In this document: piece after piece, positions 59,881-64,000 of the stretch | Numbering within the stretch: the stretch's first letter is position 1 | Layout of the letters: each line of letters starts with the position of its first letter | Assembly (NCBI GenBank): GCA_038245295.1 | Contig: JBBRSP010000015.1 | Span: 1-64,000, forward strand | Direction: 5' to 3' | DNA: 64,000 bases | Origin: Candidatus Binatia bacterium | Lineage (GTDB): Bacteria; Desulfobacterota; Binatia; HRBIN30 | Translations under genes and position numbers: made by a program | Notes under the pieces: generated by a model | Seen by the model: only the letters and a program-made list of their open reading frames with translations | Told to the model about the DNA's origin: nothing | The model's database searches: none

Positions 59881-60626
59881 CACTGCACCGGCGTTGGTGT
59901 TTGCGGCGGCTCGGAGAGCGGCAGGTCGACGCGCGTGCTGAAGTCATGCAGGCCGCCGTTGCTGTCGGCTAGAAAAATGGTGATCTCGACAATCCCAGGG
60001 AGCCCCTTCACGAGTTTGCCTGGTTGCACATCGGTTGTGTCCCAGGAATTGACGAAACCACCAGTTTCAGGATCGAGGTAGCGCAACCGCAGGGCGGCCA
60101 CTTCATCGAGCAGGTAGGCGTGCAAATCTTCCTGCGCCGTCGTTCCATCCCCAGCCCCGCTGCTGCCGGAGTCGTCGACCACCGTACCGTCGACGCCGGG
60201 TGTGACGAGACTTTCCGATCGCAGCAAGGCAAACACGTTGTTGCGGTCCTTTACCGGATCAAGTTGATAGATCACCTTGGCGCGCCCGCCGGTTCGATGT
60301 GTGCCGCTGAGGTCGCGTCGCACGTCCATAAAGAAGAGAACGGCGTCGTTCGGGGATTGGCCTTGCCCGGGCGCGCCGACAAAGTAGACTCCACCGCCCG
60401 CTTTGGGTGGCAGGGCCCGTTCCAGATCATCAGCCATCTGCAAAACCGCTTCGCGGCCGGCGGCGTAAAGGTCGGCGTGTTCTTCGGCGCGGTTTTTATC
60501 CTTCAGCGTGCGTGTCATCACCGAATACACCGTGGTCAGCACGATGCTGAGAATCGCTACGGCGACCAGCACCTCGAGGAGGGTGAAGCCACGCTGTGTG
60601 CTCTCAGGCCGTCGCGCCGCGGACAA
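59880..60626 (-). CDS. gspJ: Type II secretion minor pseudopilin J
   Basis: RGFTLLEVLVA, LPGIVEITI; TTG start inferred. Confidence 0.82.
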   Translation of the reverse strand: MSAARRPESTQRGFTLLEVLVAVAILSIVLTTVYSVMTRTLKDKNRAEEHADLYAAGREAVLQMADDLERALPPKAGGGVYFVGAPGQGQSPNDAVLFFMDVRRDLSGTHRTGGRAKVIYQLDPVKDRNNVFALLRSESLVTPGVDGTVVDDSGSSGAGDGTTAQEDLHAYLLDEVAALRLRYLDPETGGFVNSWDTTDVQPGKLVKGLPGIVEITIFLADSNGGLHDFSTRVDLPLSEPPQTPTPVQ

Positions 60627-60993
60627 AAAACACCACCTCGCAGGCAGACGGATTGCGGGGATCGAAGACGATTCGCAAGACAACCTCGCGCATATCTTCG
60701 AGTCCCGTGGACATCACCTGAGTCTCGTACGAAAAACCCGGAAAACCATCGATCGCCCCCGACTCATCGCCAAGAGCTTGCACTCCCTGCGACAGAACCC
60801 GGTACTGAATCTCGCTCGACTTCTCGCGCGCGAACAACGTCGCCAGGGTCAGATTCTGGTTCGTGGCAATGTATTTGATGTTACGCGCCTGAGCCCCGAG
60901 CAGCGTCACGAACGCGATGGCGATCACCGCCAGGGCGATGAGCACTTCGAGAAGCGTGAAGCCGCGATCGCGGCGATTCAAAGGGGGGCGCAT
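60604..60993 (-). CDS. gspI: Type II secretion minor pseudopilin I
   Basis: RGFTLLEVLIALAV; short; position. Confidence 0.82.
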   Translation of the reverse strand: MRPPLNRRDRGFTLLEVLIALAVIAIAFVTLLGAQARNIKYIATNQNLTLATLFAREKSSEIQYRVLSQGVQALGDESGAIDGFPGFSYETQVMSTGLEDMREVVLRIVFDPRNPSACEVVFFVRGATA

Positions 60994-61044
60994 CTGTCTC
61001 GAATTTCCTTGTTGGGCGGCCGGCGGCGTAAAGAGCACCAGCGG

Positions 61045-61617
61045 TCAACCACCGTAGGCTACATCATGGTATCCGGGCTGATTCTTCAACTTGCTGCTGC
61101 CGAGGCTGACCCAAAGCGTAACCGCCTCACGCGGGCTGGCCAGGTGAATGACGGTCGGGTCAACCGTGCCGTCGGGGTAGAAGACGGTATAGATCTGTCC
61201 CTGCGCCACTTTCCCTACCGATAGCGGCAGGCTCACATCAACAAGGCGGATCTGACCGTTCAGCTTGGTACCGCTGGCCAACGAGCCAATATCGGCGGCA
61301 AACTTGGCGAGATCGACGTTTCCCGCACCCGTATCATGCGGGCTGACCCAGTAGCGTTGTTGGTCAAAATCGTAATTCAGCCGGTATCCGACGCCGCCCA
61401 GGACGGCTTCACTCCGCAACAGTTTGAACGCCAACTGAAGCCGATGTGATTGTGCACCCAGCTCAGCCCGACCCGGATCACGAAGCTTTGGCACCACCAT
61501 CGCCAGCACCACGCCGACGATCAGAATCACCAAGGAGATCTCAATAAGGGTAAAGCCCCGCTGATCGCTTCGCCTCCTGGATGTGGTTGGGTTAGGCGCG
61601 GTTGTCGATATCGCCAT
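61045..61617 (-). CDS. gspH: Type II secretion minor pseudopilin H
   Basis: RGFTLIEI, FYPDG; position. Confidence 0.82.
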   Translation of the reverse strand: MAISTTAPNPTTSRRRSDQRGFTLIEISLVILIVGVVLAMVVPKLRDPGRAELGAQSHRLQLAFKLLRSEAVLGGVGYRLNYDFDQQRYWVSPHDTGAGNVDLAKFAADIGSLASGTKLNGQIRLVDVSLPLSVGKVAQGQIYTVFYPDGTVDPTVIHLASPREAVTLWVSLGSSKLKNQPGYHDVAYGG

Positions 61618-62005
61618 TCTTCCCTTCGCCGCCCTCCTGGCCGTCGGCGCCATAGGATTTGATCACAACCTCGGAACCGTCGCTGAAGTAGGCGTAAGGA
61701 TTGCCCCAGGGATCGACCGGCACCTTGTCGAGATAACCGTCTGGGTTGAAGTTACGGGCATTCGCCGGGCGTTGGACGAGGGCGTTGATGCCATCGGCGG
61801 TGCTTGGGTAAAAGCCGTTATCCAGCTTGAACATGTTGAGGGCTTGCTCGATCGCCTTGACGTCGGCGCCGGCTTTGACGCGGCGCGCGTCGTCGGTTCG
61901 GCCGATGATCTTCGGCGCCACCAGGGTCACCAGGAGGCCGAGGATGAACACCACCACCATGATCTCAATCAACGTAAATCCTGCAGTGCTGCGTAGACGT
62001 CGCAC
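61592..62005 (-). CDS. gspG: Type II secretion major pseudopilin G
   Basis: GFTLIEIMVV, DNGFYPST, DPWGNPY, SYGADGQEGGEG; AAGGAG before GTG. Confidence 0.95.
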   Translation of the reverse strand: MRRLRSTAGFTLIEIMVVVFILGLLVTLVAPKIIGRTDDARRVKAGADVKAIEQALNMFKLDNGFYPSTADGINALVQRPANARNFNPDGYLDKVPVDPWGNPYAYFSDGSEVVIKSYGADGQEGGEGKNGDIDNRA

Positions 62006-62082
62006 GGTAGACTCCTTCTCAATTTCGCTGCAATACGGCGACGGTACCACCGGCATATCGTCAATTCAATTCGCTCACCCGG

Positions 62083-63321
62083 CTACTTGACGAGGTCATT
62101 CATGCTCATGATCGGCAACAGGATGGCCATGACGATGAACAACACAACACCACCGCCGAACAGGATCATCACCGGCTCGAGGATGCTCGTCAGGCCGGTA
62201 ACCGACGACTCGACCTCGTTGTCATAGGCATCGGCAGCCTTGCTGAGCATCTGCTCGAGCTCGCCGCTGCGTTCGCCGACGGCAATCATATGAATGATCA
62301 TAGACGGGAACAGGCCGCTCTTCTTCAATGGCGGAGCAATACTCTGCCCCTCCCGAATGGAGGCGCGGGCATCTTCGATGGCGTTGCTGAGCACCATGTT
62401 GCCGACGACGTTCTTCACAATGTCGAGCGCCGTCAGCAGGTTGATGCCACTATTGAGCAAGGTCGACAACGTGCGCGCAAAGCGCGCCAGCGCCACCTTC
62501 TTGATCAACTTTCCAAAGTAGGGAATTCCCAAAACGTAGCGATCGAAGCGCAGACGGCCAGCATCGGTCCGCCGGCTCATCTGGATGCCGACCACGGTTC
62601 CGACGATGATCATGATGATGAGCCACCAATAATCCTGGGTAAAATCGCTGATGACCAGGAGAATACGCGTCATCATCGGCAGATTGGCCTGATTTTCGGC
62701 GAAGATCTTGGTGATCTTGGGCACGACGTAGGCCAACAACGACAACAGGATGCCGGTGCCGGCGATGGCCATCAGCGACGGATACGTCATCGCCGACCGC
62801 ACTTTGTTGCGCAGCGCCGCCGCCTTCTCGGTGTAGTCGGCAAGACGCATGAGCACTAGATCGAGCGCGCCGCTGGCTTCACCGGCACGCACCATGTTTA
62901 CGTAGAGATCGCTGAAAACGCGCGGGTGCTCTTTCAGAGCATCGGCAAAGGCGGCGCCTTCGCGCACTTGTTCGCGGATCTGCGACAGCACGCGTTTTGT
63001 GCGCGCCGATTCCACTTGATCGATCAGCGCCGAGACACATTCGACGAGCGGCAGGCCGGCTCCCACCAGGGTGGCGAGCTGGCGCGTGAGCAACGCCAAC
63101 TCGTTCGGCTGCATGGTGTCGAAGTAACCGCCGAAGCTGAAACTCGATTCGCCGGCCGCCTCCGCCTTGCTGACCGCGCGGCCCTCCTGCTCGACCACAT
63201 CGGTGGGAAAGACGTTGTCGCGACGCAGCTTTTGACGCGCCGCCTTGGGGTTCTCGGCATCGACGATGCCGCTCACCGCGCGGCCGGTCGTGCTCAATCC
63301 TCTATAGGCGTATACCGGCAT
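62083..63321 (-). CDS. gspF: Type II secretion inner membrane protein F
   Basis: TRQLATLVGAGLPL, AGEASG, AMTYP, VGERSG, LEP. Confidence 0.95.
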   Translation of the reverse strand: MPVYAYRGLSTTGRAVSGIVDAENPKAARQKLRRDNVFPTDVVEQEGRAVSKAEAAGESSFSFGGYFDTMQPNELALLTRQLATLVGAGLPLVECVSALIDQVESARTKRVLSQIREQVREGAAFADALKEHPRVFSDLYVNMVRAGEASGALDLVLMRLADYTEKAAALRNKVRSAMTYPSLMAIAGTGILLSLLAYVVPKITKIFAENQANLPMMTRILLVISDFTQDYWWLIIMIIVGTVVGIQMSRRTDAGRLRFDRYVLGIPYFGKLIKKVALARFARTLSTLLNSGINLLTALDIVKNVVGNMVLSNAIEDARASIREGQSIAPPLKKSGLFPSMIIHMIAVGERSGELEQMLSKAADAYDNEVESSVTGLTSILEPVMILFGGGVVLFIVMAILLPIMSMNDLVK

Positions 63322-63405
63322 GAAACCGTCTCACTGACGCGGTCGAACCGCCTCTATTCAGCCCAGCCGCAAATGGCGCCGATGTCGGTGCGCGGGCGCA
63401 TGGCG

Positions 63406-64000
63406 TTAGAAGATCACGTCCTGCGTGACACGCAGGATCTCTTCGACGCTGGTCTGTCCATCGAGGACCTTATCGGCGCCGTCTTCGCGCAGCGTCATCA
63501 TGCCTTGAGCCGTGGCTGCCTTGCGAATCGCCGAGGAGTCTGAGTTCTTCATGACCAACTGGCGCACTTCGTCGTCCACGACGAGTAATTCGTGAATACC
63601 GGAACGACCGCGGTAGCCCTTGCTCTTGCACTGGATGCAACCGCCACCCGGCTTGTAGAGTGGACGTCCGGCGAGGCGTTGTGGCGTGATACCGATCTCT
63701 TCGATTTCTTCCCGGGTCGGATCGTAGGGCTCGCGACAATTGGGACACAAGCGACGCACCAGGCGCTGCGCCATGATGGCAATCACCGACGACGAAACGA
63801 GGAATGGCTCGATTCCCATGTCGAGAAGACGCGTCATGGCGCCGAACGAATCATTCGTATGCAGCGTCGAGAAGACCAGGTGACCCGTCAGCGCCGCTTG
63901 AATGGCGATTTCAGCGGTCTCACCGTCGCGGATTTCGCCGACCATGATGACATCGGGATCCTGGCGAAGAATCGAGCGCAGGCCGCTGGCAAACGTCAGC
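63406..64000 (-). CDS. gspE: Type II secretion ATPase E (3' part; gene starts beyond the window)
   Basis: [27 protein letters not shown], CxxC...CxxC, GYRGR. Confidence 0.93.
   Translation of the reverse strand, partial: LTFASGLRSILRQDPDVIMVGEIRDGETAEIAIQAALTGHLVFSTLHTNDSFGAMTRLLDMGIEPFLVSSSVIAIMAQRLVRRLCPNCREPYDPTREEIEEIGITPQRLAGRPLYKPGGGCIQCKSKGYRGRSGIHELLVVDDEVRQLVMKNSDSSAIRKAATAQGMMTLREDGADKVLDGQTSVEEILRVTQDVIF

Noticed and set aside
55656..64000. T2SS operon as a novel system
   Set aside because: Canonical gene order and motifs; only its substrates are of interest
1..64000. tRNA, rRNA, riboswitch, transposase, integrase or phage genes
   Set aside because: None recognisable by eye; a covariance-model scan would be needed to exclude small RNAs

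Overview
GC-rich bacterial chromosome segment. The gene set (Cys-rich secreted proteins, GspN-containing T2SS, glnS, clpS-clpA) suggests a deltaproteobacterial-type lineage such as Binatota or Myxococcota; this is inference only. Bases ~3.8-45 kb form a large cell-envelope glycosylation/acylation region: manC, a eukaryote-type phosphomannomutase, polyprenol-P-mannose synthase, several GT-C-like membrane proteins, GT2/GT4 enzymes, RmlC/RmlD-like enzymes, an amino-sugar cassette, MBOAT/SGNH/AT3 acyltransferases and two Thr-type sulfatase-fold proteins. Housekeeping genes follow (sigma70, FKBP, clpSA, glnS), then a gspE(partial)-F-G-H-I-J-K-L-M-N operon. Highlights absent from the ORF track: (1) a 42-aa membrane peptide ending FIYTEF (DltX/PatC-like) in the same gene run as an MBOAT lacking that motif and a DltD-like SGNH protein, i.e. 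a candidate split three-component acyl-transfer system; (2) a nine-unit, 41-bp-period array of degenerate dyads at 25847-26216; (3) two copies of a 134-bp MITE inserted with a TTCA duplication into the loop of a GTAG REP hairpin. Also notable is a secreted protein with ~18 disintegrin-like repeats that shares an unnamed C-terminal Cys domain with a second secreted protein.
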